A stretch of DNA of 64,000 bases from Waterburya sp. Its GTDB lineage: Bacteria; Cyanobacteriota; Cyanobacteriia; Cyanobacteriales; Xenococcaceae. How positions within the stretch are numbered: position 1 is the first letter of the stretch; each line of letters opens with the position of its first letter. The notes below the pieces were generated by a model. The model saw nothing but the letters and a program-made list of their open reading frames with translations. It searched no databases and was not told the DNA's origin. Of this stretch, positions 31,074-43,709 are shown piece by piece. The translations under genes and the position numbers were made by a program. The stretch lies in contig CBDCJV010000002.1 of the NCBI GenBank assembly GCA_965217895.1, forward strand, positions 2,272,001-2,336,000. Reading direction: 5' to 3'.

Positions 31074-32381
31074 TTATGAGCCTGATTCTAATTCTTTTTG
31101 CCAATCTCGATCTATTTTGTCAGCATTTTTAATGTTTTGATCGAGAAGATCGTCTTCGGTAGTGTAAGCAAGATCGCGATCGCTAATTACTTTTTGTTGA
31201 GCAAACTGACTAGCATAGGCTAGTTTCTGACGTAGAGATTGATCGGGCTGGTTGAGAGCGATCGCTCTTTGTTGGCGAGATTGATTGCGCTGAATAATCT
31301 TCGGGTTGCGCCCCTGAATCCAGAAATAGCGCACCAGAGGAATCAAAAGATACAATACGCCGTAGCCAAACAGTAGCACCAGAATTGACTGTACAAACGC
31401 TACTATTCCACCCAATTCTGCTGCGATCGTACCATCCTGTAAAAGATTACCTAAGACCAAAGCCAAAACAATGTTTAATACACCCAAACCAGCAGCCATC
31501 GTAATTTGACCACTATTAGCCTGACTAAAACGCCAAGGTTTTTCCTCCAGATACCCCGCAGCAGATATTTGTTGTGGTTGTCTATCTTTTGCCGTTACTT
31601 GAAGTTCAGGAAAATAATAAATTATTTCTCCTTGAGGTGAAACTTCGGGATAGCCATTAAAGCGACTAAGTACAGGAAGCATATAGTCTTCATCTCGATC
31701 CATCTTGTCCACGTAAGGCGCAATTTGTTCTCCTGCTACTGCACCTTTTTGGCTACGAATTACCAAACCAATAGTTTGCCAGCGATGTTCTTCTAAATCA
31801 GCATTGGGGTTTCCATCTCCAAACAGAAAGGAAAAAACTGATTCTAGAAAATTCATTTGATAATTACTTGTCTGTCTTCTGCGCTGACGACGACGACGAT
31901 TGTAGCCAGGATCGAACAACCAAAAAATATCGCCAAACCAAAAATGAGGTACAAAAAAGCCTCCTCCGAAACCTCCGCCATAGCTTCTGTTACTACCACC
32001 TTCTCTGTCGTCGTTACTCGAATTGGCAGCGACTATAATGGCAATAATTGCTACTGCCATCAATAGAATTGAAGCAATTAAAATAATTCCAAAAGAAATC
32101 CGAATTATATAAAATAAAATCCGCCAGATTTTTGACCAAGTTTTTTGCCAGCGCAGTCGCCAGTACTTATTCCGCAAAATTCCTTGAAAATTTTTAGGAA
32201 ACAGATAAACTACGTCTCCTGACTCTGCCACCTGGAGATGTCCCCCAGCCTCACTTGCCAAGGCTAACAAACCCTGCTGGGCAAAATTTAGTTCTAACCC
32301 TGCTTGTGCTGCGACATCGCCAACGGTAACACGATAATCTAGCTTTTCAATTGATCGAACAATTTTAGGGTTGGGGGTCAT
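31074..32381 (-). CDS. Conserved cyanobacterial membrane protein of unknown function
   Basis: VTVGDVAAQAGL and FLESVFSFLFGDGNPN; several TM helices. Confidence 0.8.
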   Translation of the reverse strand: MTPNPKIVRSIEKLDYRVTVGDVAAQAGLELNFAQQGLLALASEAGGHLQVAESGDVVYLFPKNFQGILRNKYWRLRWQKTWSKIWRILFYIIRISFGIILIASILLMAVAIIAIIVAANSSNDDREGGSNRSYGGGFGGGFFVPHFWFGDIFWLFDPGYNRRRRQRRRQTSNYQMNFLESVFSFLFGDGNPNADLEEHRWQTIGLVIRSQKGAVAGEQIAPYVDKMDRDEDYMLPVLSRFNGYPEVSPQGEIIYYFPELQVTAKDRQPQQISAAGYLEEKPWRFSQANSGQITMAAGLGVLNIVLALVLGNLLQDGTIAAELGGIVAFVQSILVLLFGYGVLYLLIPLVRYFWIQGRNPKIIQRNQSRQQRAIALNQPDQSLRQKLAYASQFAQQKVISDRDLAYTTEDDLLDQNIKNADKIDRDWQKELESGS

Positions 32382-32562
32382 TATTGGTCACGAGAATAAG
32401 AATACTTGCTTTCTCTATATTTTATCGTTTAAATTTTTTCTCTTAGATAACTTTTGAGCAGAAGACAACAAAAAGGCTAAATGCTATTTTTTAAGTATCA
32501 GAAACATTTAGCCCAGGATGAATTTTGTTTAACTCGTGCTGGTGTTTTCAAGAAATGAAAAG

Positions 32563-33189
32563 CTAGCGTAAAAAACAGCTTACTAGCCAAAATAGACATA
32601 AAGTTACCGCTGAAGCAAATTGATCTACACCCAAAACAGTTACACCACCCTGACCAAAAAGCAGGTTAGCCAAGCCAGTACCAAGAGCAATACCGACAAA
32701 TAGAGTAATAAAACTGATTAGAAATGCCCGCCCCGAACGTCCCTCTTTACGATTGAGAAAGTAGATATTAGCAATAAAGCCTAAAGCCATTAAGAGAGGA
32801 ACGATAGAAGCTGCTGAATTCTGAGAAAAAACGGCGATCGCTGATAGAGTCAAGAAAATGCCTGTAGGCCAAAGAATATCAGCTTGGGAAGGGGTGTCTA
32901 TAAGCTTTTGTAGCCAAACAGCAGAGTCTTGCTTGACCATTTGAGGTACTTTAAGAGATTTCTCTATACTGCGCTCAGGAAAGCGAATTTTTTCGGGTAC
33001 TTTTATTTTACCTTCTTGACGTAAACGTAAGCGATCCATAATGATTGAGTCGTAGGCAATTTCTACTTGTTCGACGACATTACTATCATTGCTATGCTGC
33101 TCAAACAGTCTTTTTTTAGCAGCCTGTATTTCTTCAAATGAAGAATTTTCTGTGACCCCAAGTTGTTCGTAGGGATTTTGTTCGCTCAT
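32563..33189 (-). CDS. CPP1-like (chaperone-like protein of POR1, DUF3353) J-like membrane protein
   Basis: NPYEQLGV..SSFEEIQ, AYDSIIMDRLRLRQEGKI and C-terminal TM helices. Confidence 0.85.
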   Translation of the reverse strand: MSEQNPYEQLGVTENSSFEEIQAAKKRLFEQHSNDSNVVEQVEIAYDSIIMDRLRLRQEGKIKVPEKIRFPERSIEKSLKVPQMVKQDSAVWLQKLIDTPSQADILWPTGIFLTLSAIAVFSQNSAASIVPLLMALGFIANIYFLNRKEGRSGRAFLISFITLFVGIALGTGLANLLFGQGGVTVLGVDQFASAVTLCLFWLVSCFLR

Positions 33190-33254
33190 CTCTTAACCTG
33201 CCCTTTATTTGTCTATCTTAATTTTAGTTCTTAAAATTTTACCCGAGGCTTTTT

Positions 33255-33470
33255 TCAATAAACTTCCCAGAAACCAAATGCTGGTCCAATAAATCTGACG
33301 GTAAACCAGACAGCAATCATTATAGCTATACCTATCCAAGCACCTTTACTAGTTAGTTTAATAAATTTTTCTGATTGAGCTTTGGTAATTGGTATGCCAG
33401 GCAAAATTCTTTCCGAGTTTTGCCCATATTGTTTTCCTAGTGATTCTTTACGACGTTTTGATTCTCCCAT
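33255..33470 (-). CDS. DUF2839 family small membrane protein
   Basis: MGESKRRK and VRFIGPAFGFW. Confidence 0.85.
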   Translation of the reverse strand: MGESKRRKESLGKQYGQNSERILPGIPITKAQSEKFIKLTSKGAWIGIAIMIAVWFTVRFIGPAFGFWEVY

Positions 33471-33570
33471 AATATTAACTATTGATTGTTAATTAGTCAG
33501 TCATGGGTCGATCATAACGTTTTCTGGTCAAGCAAGAAACCAGTTTTAGTCCTACTTTTTGTTAATAATA

Positions 33571-34233
33571 ATGAAATCTTCTAGAGTTATTTTCTGCGAT
33601 TTTGATGGCACAATTACCACTGAGGATACTTTTGTCAGGATTCTCGAAAAATTTGCCCCCGAAGTAGCCGCTGAACTGCTACCTATAATATACAGCCGTA
33701 AAATGACTCTAATCGAGGGAATACGGCAAACTTTAGGCTCAATTTCTGCCATACATTATCCCCAAATTATTGAATATATTGCTTACCGTCCCGTGCGTCC
33801 TGGACTAAAAGAATTGATAGAATTTCTTAACTATTGTGAAGTGCCTTTTGTAGTTGTTTCAGGTGGACTAACAGATATAGTTAAAGCAGTATTAGAACAT
33901 CAGCAGCTTATTGATGGCGTATCAGCAATCTATGCAGGAGATGTTGACGTTACAGGCGAATATCTGCGAGTTCATTCGGCAATTGGCAGTAAAACTGAAT
34001 TAGTTGCCAAAGCAGAGGTAATGAAAAAATATCCAGCAGCAGAGAAAATTGCCATTGGTGATTCTGTCACAGATATTAATATGTCATTAGCTGCGGACTT
34101 AGTTTTTGCACGCGATCGCCTACCAGCATATTTAGATGAAGAAAATAAACCCTACGTTAAATGGAACGATTTCTGGGAAGTGCGCGACTACTTAGCTGAC
34201 CGTTGGTCGATATTTAAGCAAAACCCTGAGTGA
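33571..34233 (+). CDS. HAD-IB family phosphatase (MtnX-like)
   Basis: CDFDGTIT, VVSGG, IGDSVTD, DLVFAR; start taken at MKSS. Confidence 0.9.
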   Translation: MKSSRVIFCDFDGTITTEDTFVRILEKFAPEVAAELLPIIYSRKMTLIEGIRQTLGSISAIHYPQIIEYIAYRPVRPGLKELIEFLNYCEVPFVVVSGGLTDIVKAVLEHQQLIDGVSAIYAGDVDVTGEYLRVHSAIGSKTELVAKAEVMKKYPAAEKIAIGDSVTDINMSLAADLVFARDRLPAYLDEENKPYVKWNDFWEVRDYLADRWSIFKQNPE

Positions 34234-34365
34234 AAAAACTTGTATTTACTGTCCGTTTCCAGTACCATCATAAGTTTGTTGTTTTTTTACTTGATTACCT
34301 TTATCTACGTCAAAATAAGCGGGTAAGCCTTAATACTTTCAACTATCAAATTAATTAGAACTTAA

Positions 34366-36057
<1,692 letters not shown>

Positions 36058-36198
36058 ATTCCTTAATTCTCCCTTAAGGCATAAAGTTCGACTTACCGAT
36101 ATAGATCGAGGTATTGACTGTACCTTATTTAGAGTCAGAATAGCTATAGTTTGGAAAGAACAAAAAATTGTATATTATCGATAAGTTGGGAAAGAGGC

Positions 36199-37878
36199 AT
36201 GATGGGCGAATCAAATGTAGCGGAAGTTTTAGTTAGATGTTTAGAAAATGAAGAGGTAGAATACGTCTTTGGTTTACCAGGAGAAGAAAACCTGCATATC
36301 TTAGAAGCTTTAAGAGATTCTCCAATCCAGTTTATTACTACTCGTCATGAACAGGGTGCTGCGTTTATGGCAGATGTTTATGGTCGTTTGACAGGTAAAG
36401 CGGGTGTTTGCTTGTCTACTTTAGGACCTGGAGCAACCAACCTCATGACAGGTGTAGCCGATGCTAATCTTGATGGTGCGCCTTTAGTAGCAATTACAGG
36501 ACAGGTGGGTACAGACAGGATGCACATTGAATCCCATCAGTATCTCGATCTAGTTGCATTGTTCGCCCCAATAACTAAATGGAATGCGCAAATTGTTCGT
36601 CCTGATACTACCCCCGAAATTATTCGTAAAGCCTTTAAAGTTGCTCAATCAGAAAAGCCTGGTGCAGTTCACATTGATTTACCAGAAAACATTGCCGCCA
36701 TGCCTCTTAAAGGCAATCCTCTTCATCGTGATAACCGAGAAAAAACTTATGCTTCAACCCGTAGCCTGAATGCTGCTGCCGTTGCTATATCTAAAGCTAA
36801 AAATCCTTTGATCTTGGCAGGAAATGGCGTAATTCGTGGTTGTGCAAGTGAAGCATTGACTGAATTTGCTACTCAGCTAAATATTCCTGTTGCTAATACC
36901 TTTATGGGCAAAGGAGCAATTCCCTATACTCATCCCTTATCTTTATGGACTGTTGGACTACAGCAGCGAGATTTAATTAGCTGTGCCTTTGATGAAGCGG
37001 ATCTAGTTATTGCTGTGGGTTATGACCTAGTTGAATATTCCCCGAAAAAATGGAATCCTGATGGCGACACCACAATTATTCACATCGACGAAAGCAGATC
37101 CGAAATTGATAGCAGCTATATTCCTTTAGTAGAAGTATTTGGCGATATTTCCGATTCACTTAATGATATCGTTAAACGTTGCGATCGCGAGGCATATCCT
37201 GGTGATAATCGCAACGGCAAAGAAGCTACTACTGCAGTAAGCTTGCGACATCAAATCAAAGAAGATTACGAACAGTACGCCAATGATGACGGTTTTCCCA
37301 TAAAACCCCAAAAAATTATCTATGACCTTCGTCAGGTAATGGGTCCAGAAGATATAGTTATTTCTGATGTAGGAGCGCATAAAATGTGGATGGCGCGTCA
37401 CTATCACTCTGATTGCCCTAATACCTGTATTATCTCTAATGGCTTTGCCGCTATGGGCATTGCTATTCCTGGAGCAATGGCAGCTAAATTAGTCCACCCA
37501 GAGCGTAAAGTCGTGGCAGTGACAGGAGATGGCGGTTTTATGATGAACTGTCAAGAGTTAGAAACCGCCTTAAGAGTCAACACTCCTTTTGTGACTTTGA
37601 TTTTTAATGACAATGGCTATGGCTTAATTGAGTGGAAGCAAATTAGTCAATTTGGTCACTCTACTTCAATTAATTTTGGAAATCCAAACTTTGTTAAATT
37701 TGCTGAAAGTATGGGACTAAAAGGTTATCGAGTTGAATCAGCAGCAGACTTGATTCCTACTTTGAAACAGGCTCTAGCCGATGATGTGCCAGCAATTATT
37801 GATTGTCCTGTAGACTACAAGGAAAACTTACGCTTTTCGCAAAAATCAGGAGATCTAAGTTGCAAAATCACTATTTAA
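36199..37878 (+). CDS. TPP-dependent acetolactate synthase-like enzyme, probably 2-oxoglutarate decarboxylase
   Basis: FGLPGEENL, RHEQGAAFMA, GDGGFMMN; resembles the sll1981-type subfamily. Confidence 0.8.
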   Translation: MMGESNVAEVLVRCLENEEVEYVFGLPGEENLHILEALRDSPIQFITTRHEQGAAFMADVYGRLTGKAGVCLSTLGPGATNLMTGVADANLDGAPLVAITGQVGTDRMHIESHQYLDLVALFAPITKWNAQIVRPDTTPEIIRKAFKVAQSEKPGAVHIDLPENIAAMPLKGNPLHRDNREKTYASTRSLNAAAVAISKAKNPLILAGNGVIRGCASEALTEFATQLNIPVANTFMGKGAIPYTHPLSLWTVGLQQRDLISCAFDEADLVIAVGYDLVEYSPKKWNPDGDTTIIHIDESRSEIDSSYIPLVEVFGDISDSLNDIVKRCDREAYPGDNRNGKEATTAVSLRHQIKEDYEQYANDDGFPIKPQKIIYDLRQVMGPEDIVISDVGAHKMWMARHYHSDCPNTCIISNGFAAMGIAIPGAMAAKLVHPERKVVAVTGDGGFMMNCQELETALRVNTPFVTLIFNDNGYGLIEWKQISQFGHSTSINFGNPNFVKFAESMGLKGYRVESAADLIPTLKQALADDVPAIIDCPVDYKENLRFSQKSGDLSCKITI

Positions 37879-37950
37879 TCCACAAAAACACAGAAAACTA
37901 GCTGCGTAATTATCAATTTTCGGCCAGCAATAACTAACCCTAATTCAAAA

Positions 37951-38069
37951 TGGTGTTGCTAAACCAGAATCTGGAATCTAAAAAACAGTTGGTTTGCAGT
38001 ATCTTGTCAAAAAACTTAAAGCTGTAAATTACACTGTTATGAGTTTCATACTTTGGTTTGGCAACGCTG
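37951..38069. mobile_element. MITE-like element of the GGCGTTGC-TIR family
   Basis: TGGTGTTGCTAAACCA ... TGGTTTGGCAACGCTG imperfect TIR; related ends at 62161-62436. Confidence 0.5.
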
Positions 38070-38163
38070 TTTAAATTATATTTAACATTTAACTTATAGT
38101 TTTTAATTGGCATTTGGAGTTAATATCAAAAATAACTATAATTAATTAATTTTTAAATTTCCT

Positions 38164-38685
38164 ATGCCACGTACCCAAAGAAACGATAACTTTGTAGATA
38201 AGACCTTTACCGTCATGGCAGACATCATCCTCAAAGCTCTGCCGACCAACAAAAAAGCCAAAGAAGCTTTTGCCTATTATCGTGATGGGATGTCTGCCCA
38301 AGGTGATGGAGAATATGCAGAAGCTTTAGAAAACTATGAAGAGGCATTAACCCTCGAAGAAGATCCTAACGATCGCAGCTATATTCTCTACAATATGGGC
38401 TTGATCTATGCCAGTAATGGAAATATTGACAAGGCAATGGAGCTTTATACTGAGTCTATCGATCTTAACCCAAGAATGCCCCAAGCATTGAATAACATCG
38501 CTGTTATTTATCACTATGAAGGAGAAAAAGCCAAGGAAGCAGGAGACGTAGAAAAAGCAGAGTCTTATTATGATAAAGCTGCCGAGTATTGGAAGCAAGC
38601 GATTAGAATTGCACCCAACAACTATATGGAAGCTCAAAATTGGCTCAAAATTACGGGACGTTCGGAAATGGATGTATTCTTTTAA
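38164..38685 (+). CDS. ycf3: Photosystem I assembly protein Ycf3
   Basis: [36 protein letters not shown]. Confidence 0.98.
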   Translation: MPRTQRNDNFVDKTFTVMADIILKALPTNKKAKEAFAYYRDGMSAQGDGEYAEALENYEEALTLEEDPNDRSYILYNMGLIYASNGNIDKAMELYTESIDLNPRMPQALNNIAVIYHYEGEKAKEAGDVEKAESYYDKAAEYWKQAIRIAPNNYMEAQNWLKITGRSEMDVFF

Positions 38686-38719
38686 CAATGATCGATAGAC
38701 CAATGATCATTAATCAATT

Positions 38720-38875
38720 GTAGGGTGGGCAGAGAACACAATTTTGTTCATTACCAAAAAATATCTATTAATGCCCACCAGGTAAACAGCATACAGCAGT
38801 AGGGTGGGCATGAAATAAAATTCTGTTAATCATAAGAATACTCATCAATGCCCACCAAGTAAACAGCAGACAGTA
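38720..38875 (+). repeat. Two tandem REPIN-like units of about 78 bp
   Basis: GTAGGGTGGGCA...TGCCCACCA[G/A]GTAAACAGCA starting at 38720 and 38799. Confidence 0.85.
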
Positions 38876-38882
38876 ATCAAAT

Positions 38883-39179
38883 ATGATCGATCGCCAAGAA
38901 GTAAGAAAAGTTGCCAATTTAGCTAGACTCAATATTACTGAAGCAGAAGAAGAAGAATTTACCACCCAGCTTAATAGTATTCTTGAATACTTCGATCAGT
39001 TGAGTGAGCTAGACACTACTGATGTTCCGCCAACTACCAGAGCCATTGAAACTAGTAATATTACTCGCGCTGATGAGCTTAGTCCTTTCCCCGCTAAAGA
39101 AGAGTTATTAAAGGCTGCTCCCGAACAACAGGGAGAATTTTTTAGAGTACCTAAAATCATTAGTACAGATGAAGAATAA
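38883..39179 (+). CDS. gatC: Asp/Glu-tRNA amidotransferase subunit C
   Basis: [23 protein letters not shown]. Confidence 0.96.
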   Translation: MIDRQEVRKVANLARLNITEAEEEEFTTQLNSILEYFDQLSELDTTDVPPTTRAIETSNITRADELSPFPAKEELLKAAPEQQGEFFRVPKIISTDEE

Positions 39180-39519
39180 GATGAAAAGTCTTGAATTAAA
39201 AGTAGTTTAAATCTACTTTTAATTAAGCTAAGAGCTAATGACTAAGAGCTAATAGCTACCGCGAAGCGGTTTTAAGTAAATTTTGAGACAGTTTTGTTGA
39301 TAATAAATAAAGTTTTGATGAACTTAAAATATAAAGTTTTATATCTACTAAATCTAAAAACGTTGATGTTAAAAGAAACGTAGTTCTTTCGACTACTTTT
39401 ATTAATCTTTTTTGCCAGAGCTATCAGTTGTTATTGATTAAGTAAATGTATAACATAAGTGTAATCTCGTAAGAGAAAATACTGAATGTAGAACGTTTTC
39501 TTTCTTTGTCAATTAGATT

Positions 39520-40320
39520 ATGTCCCTTGCCATCACTAAAAAAATCACCAATTTTCTGCCCGCATTTTTGCCCTTCATCTGTTTAGCAGGAATTGTAATC
39601 TTACAAGCTCAAGAATATAAACAATCAGTCCAAAAACTAAATCGTGCTAATTACTTTAGTCGAGAACAAGAACAAGCAAAACTAATTGAATTTCAAAAAG
39701 AAACGCCACTTCTTGGCTTAGATAACATGGTTGCTGATTGGTCATATTTAAATTTTGTGCAGTATTTTGGCGATCGCCATGCTAGAGATACAATTGGTTA
39801 TAAACTCGTTCCAGATTATTTTGAAACCATCAGTCAGATCGATCCTCGCTTTACTCAAGCATATCTTAGGCTATCAATTGCTAATTCCATGTATGCGGGA
39901 TATCCCGAACAAACTATTGCTTTGATGAAAGAAGTTTTAGCTTCTGTAGAGCCAGATTCTGAACAGGCTGCATTACTTTGGACCTCTAAAGGTTTGGATG
40001 AACTATTATTTTTGGGAGATAAAGAAGCAGCAATCAAATCTTATAAAATAGCAGCCAAATGGGCAGCTTTAGAATCAAGTGGTCTTCCTGATGGTTTAAC
40101 GATTAAAGACCTAGAAACGGCTTTAAAATCAACCGATGAAATAGATTTAAAAGAAGCGCAAATTAGAGCTTGGTCAAGTGTTTTAGTTTATATTAAAGAC
40201 AATCAGCGATCGCGAGAGATTGTTGCTAAAATTGATCGTCTTCAAGCAGAACTTTTGACCTTAGAACAAAAAGCAAAACTATCAGTACAACAAAGTCATT
40301 CTCAATTAACCTCAGATTAA
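39520..40320 (+). CDS. Conserved hypothetical protein with an N-terminal TM anchor and helical body
   Basis: ADWSYLNFVQYFGD and DPRF motifs. Confidence 0.7.
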   Translation: MSLAITKKITNFLPAFLPFICLAGIVILQAQEYKQSVQKLNRANYFSREQEQAKLIEFQKETPLLGLDNMVADWSYLNFVQYFGDRHARDTIGYKLVPDYFETISQIDPRFTQAYLRLSIANSMYAGYPEQTIALMKEVLASVEPDSEQAALLWTSKGLDELLFLGDKEAAIKSYKIAAKWAALESSGLPDGLTIKDLETALKSTDEIDLKEAQIRAWSSVLVYIKDNQRSREIVAKIDRLQAELLTLEQKAKLSVQQSHSQLTSD

Positions 40321-40413
40321 TCGTAATTTTATTGGGCAAGAAAAAAGGAGTAAAATCTCAAACCTCACTCCCAAAAAATCAACAAATTTACGTAATTACT
40401 TGACTATTAAATA

Positions 40414-42324
40414 TTACATTAAACCTTTAACGTGACTCATGATGCCTTCTGGATCTAAACCTTGGAAGGGAAACTGTTCCCAAAGTCCACCACAGCCTTC
40501 TTCGTGAACACCAAGATAAGCAAATTTAGGAGTCAAGCCTCGCTCAAGTAGCCAAGAACCAAAGCGACTACCTAAACCAGTACGACGGTTAAAAGATTCA
40601 ACAACCACAACAAAAGGTGCTTGACCAATTTTTGCCATCATCTCTTCATCGACTACGTTAAGTGTAGCTTTATTGATCAAACCGACGTTGATACCTTCTT
40701 TTTGCAAGCGTTCTACCGCATCTAAAGAGCGATATAAAGCATCTCCAAAGCTGACAATATAACCTGCGTCTCCTTCGCGAATTACTTCGTCTTTGCCAGG
40801 AGTGAAAGTATAGTCGCCACCAAACAACTCTTTGCCCGCATCATCTAAAATCATGGGAACTTTGGAGCGAGTAGAGAAAATAAAGCGCATACCTGGATTA
40901 TGAAACACTTTGTTTACACAGGCAGTCATTTGGTTGGCATCAGCAGGGAAATAGAGACGGGTTTCGTAACCATCTTCTAGTCCGTTGTCGGCAAACATAT
41001 TGTTAATCCCGAAGTGACAGGTATTATCTGCCATGTCGTCGATACCAGCATGGGAGAAATGGCATAAAACATTGGACTTGTTAAGACGAGCCATAGTGAT
41101 CTCAGAAACACACATTTCTAAGAAAGCACTAAAGGTGGCGAATACTCCCTGCTTGCCTTCTTCCATGCCAAAACCAGCAGCAGCCGAAAAATTACCCCGT
41201 TCCATAATTCCAGAAGGAATAAAGACTTCAGGGTGAGCATCGTGGATTTGTTTGAAACCACAAGAACCTTCTAAATCACTATCAATAAAGATGACTTTGG
41301 CTTTACGTTCGGCATCGCTCATTTTACCGAGGATAGATACTACAGCCTCACCAAAAACGTTGCGGTTAGAACCAACCTTGTCGCTAACTCCCAAGAACTT
41401 ATAGTCGTTGCTCTGTTTTTCGATATTTTTGAGAAAGTCTGCTGCTGCACTCTGTCCGTGTTTTTCGAGATAGGAAATTGCCTTATCAACGGCAATTACA
41501 TCATGTCCATGAGTAGAGCCTTCAATACCCTCAATACCAGGACACATAGGACGCTTATTGATCAATGCCACTGGACCATTACCAGTTACCGCAGCGCACA
41601 TACGGCTATAGAGTGAATCAATATCTTCGCCATCTCCCGTATTAACCTCTAAACCATGACCAGTTAATGTTTGACCAACATCATAACCAGGCAAATAATC
41701 AGAAGGATGTCCTGCAATAGTGACATCGTTATCATCGATAAATAGCTTCACGTTAAGGTTTTGAGCCACTGCCAAACGAGCAGCCTCTGCGTCATTCCCC
41801 TCTTGTTGTGAACCATCAGAACCCAAGCAAACCACTACCTTATCTGGGTTAGCCAAGGCTATACCATTGATGAAAGGCCACATATGTCCTAAACGGCCAG
41901 AACTAAATTTAATCCCAGGTGTCAAGCCCAATTCGGGGTGTCCAGGCAGCTTAGAATTCGCGCCACGATACTTGAGCAATTCTTCTTGAGGCAAGTCGCC
42001 ATTTAGTGTCGCCATTAAATATTGTGTGGCAACACGATGTCCTGCTTCATCAAAAAAGATCGGCACAAACATATCAGGCGCACCACGAAAGAAAGCATCA
42101 AGGATCATAACTTCGGGAACGGTATCAAAAGGCCCTCCAGTATGTCCGCCAACGCCTCTAGCACCGCCAGTAGCTGTAAAAAAGACAATCGCCTCGCGGC
42201 AAAGTTGAATATTGGCTGTTAAAGTTTCTTTTTGTTCGGCTGTTAAGGTAGGCTGGTTGGGGTCTAAAGCTAGTCGCTTGTAAGCACCTAAATCGATGGG
42301 AAAACGGGTGGTTGTTGCAGTCAT
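40414..42324 (-). CDS. Transketolase-like TPP enzyme
   Basis: GGHTGG, LPGHPE, GSDGSQQEG (TPP motif) and a transketolase C-terminal domain. Confidence 0.85.
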   Translation of the reverse strand: MTATTTRFPIDLGAYKRLALDPNQPTLTAEQKETLTANIQLCREAIVFFTATGGARGVGGHTGGPFDTVPEVMILDAFFRGAPDMFVPIFFDEAGHRVATQYLMATLNGDLPQEELLKYRGANSKLPGHPELGLTPGIKFSSGRLGHMWPFINGIALANPDKVVVCLGSDGSQQEGNDAEAARLAVAQNLNVKLFIDDNDVTIAGHPSDYLPGYDVGQTLTGHGLEVNTGDGEDIDSLYSRMCAAVTGNGPVALINKRPMCPGIEGIEGSTHGHDVIAVDKAISYLEKHGQSAAADFLKNIEKQSNDYKFLGVSDKVGSNRNVFGEAVVSILGKMSDAERKAKVIFIDSDLEGSCGFKQIHDAHPEVFIPSGIMERGNFSAAAGFGMEEGKQGVFATFSAFLEMCVSEITMARLNKSNVLCHFSHAGIDDMADNTCHFGINNMFADNGLEDGYETRLYFPADANQMTACVNKVFHNPGMRFIFSTRSKVPMILDDAGKELFGGDYTFTPGKDEVIREGDAGYIVSFGDALYRSLDAVERLQKEGINVGLINKATLNVVDEEMMAKIGQAPFVVVVESFNRRTGLGSRFGSWLLERGLTPKFAYLGVHEEGCGGLWEQFPFQGLDPEGIMSHVKGLM

Positions 42325-42653
42325 AATTTATTTTTTGGTGTGTGAGTAAAGCTGTAAATTAAAAAACGTTGCTAGTTTGAAGTAGAAAACTTTGGCTGAT
42401 ATTACCTGTAGCTATCAGCTTTTGATTTAGTTTTGTAAGTAACTAATTTGTTTTTCATACTTTAGCCTTAGTCTAGCAATGCTAATTAAAAAATTATTAC
42501 ACCTTAAATCGGTGTTAATTATTATTAGATAAATCTATTGTTCACTTAGAGTGGTAAACAAGTTCAAGTTTATCTGGTTGTGGTCTTTGAGGGAAATCAT
42601 CTTTTGGTGGATATAGTAACAATTTGATTAATAAAACTATTTTTTGACCAGTC

Positions 42654-43706
42654 TTATTTAATTTCTTTTAACTTACCCAGTACATATTTATACAAAGCCT
42701 CCTTGTTTTGCCGTTTGAATAGAGTTGCAGCATAATCTAGGTTTTTCACTGCTTTACGCTTTTCTCCCACCGTTTGATAAACTAAACCCAAGTTGCCATA
42801 GGCCTCAGCATAGTTAGGTTTGAGTTTGATAGCAGTTTGGTGATCGGCGATCGCCTTTTGATATTCTTGAATTTTGTTATAAGCAACAGCCCGATTATAA
42901 TAAGCTTCGGTATAGTTTTCATTGAGGCTAATTGCCTGGTCAAAATCAGCGATCGCCTGGTGATATTTTTGCGCCGTTAGATAAGACGTGCCTCGGTTGT
43001 AGTAAGTTGGGGCGTGACGAGAATTAAAGTTAATAATATGAGTATAGTCGGCGATCGCTTTTTCAGAATACAGGGTTTTATGATAGACGTTAGCGCGATT
43101 ATAGTAAGCTTCTAGATCTTGGGGATTGAGGCGAATCGTTTGCCCATAGTCAGCTAATGCTTGAGGATATTGCTGAAGCTTATTGTAAGTATTAGCGCGA
43201 TTGTAATATGCCTCGGCATCTTGAGGGTTAAGGCGAATTACCTGGGTATAACTAGCAACTCCCTGCTGATATTGTTTTAACTTGTTGTAAGCAATACCTA
43301 GGTTGTAATAAGCATCGCTATAATCGGGGTTTAATTTGACTGCTCGATTAAAATCAGCGATCGCTTGGTGGTATTCTTCTAGCTGATTGTAGACAGTGCC
43401 TCGATTAAAGTACGCCTTAGCATAATTAGGACAAAGCTTAATAGCGCAGCTATAATCAGCGATCGCTTTTTGTTGTTTGACTAGCTGTCCATAACCATAA
43501 CCGCGTAGAGTGTAAGCCAAAAAGTTATTGCCATCTCGTTGTAAGATAGCATTTAAATCTTCAATGCCCGTACTATAGTTTCCTTGGGCATAGTACACTT
43601 CACTACGGCGATAATAAGCATCAATATTTTCAGGATCTTCAACTAGAGTTAGACGTAGCTCTTCTAAGATATTTTGATAATCTGGTGATGCCGATTCTTT
43701 ATCCAT
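42654..43706 (-). CDS. Tetratricopeptide repeat protein
   Basis: Multiple AYYNRG..AIADY repeats. Confidence 0.92.
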   Translation of the reverse strand: MDKESASPDYQNILEELRLTLVEDPENIDAYYRRSEVYYAQGNYSTGIEDLNAILQRDGNNFLAYTLRGYGYGQLVKQQKAIADYSCAIKLCPNYAKAYFNRGTVYNQLEEYHQAIADFNRAVKLNPDYSDAYYNLGIAYNKLKQYQQGVASYTQVIRLNPQDAEAYYNRANTYNKLQQYPQALADYGQTIRLNPQDLEAYYNRANVYHKTLYSEKAIADYTHIINFNSRHAPTYYNRGTSYLTAQKYHQAIADFDQAISLNENYTEAYYNRAVAYNKIQEYQKAIADHQTAIKLKPNYAEAYGNLGLVYQTVGEKRKAVKNLDYAATLFKRQNKEALYKYVLGKLKEIK

Positions 43707-43709
43707 TAC

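Noticed and set aside
38720..38875. Possible mini CRISPR array
   Set aside because: Only two units, the 'spacers' resemble each other, each unit is an inverted-repeat pair, and no cas genes are present; better explained as REPIN-like
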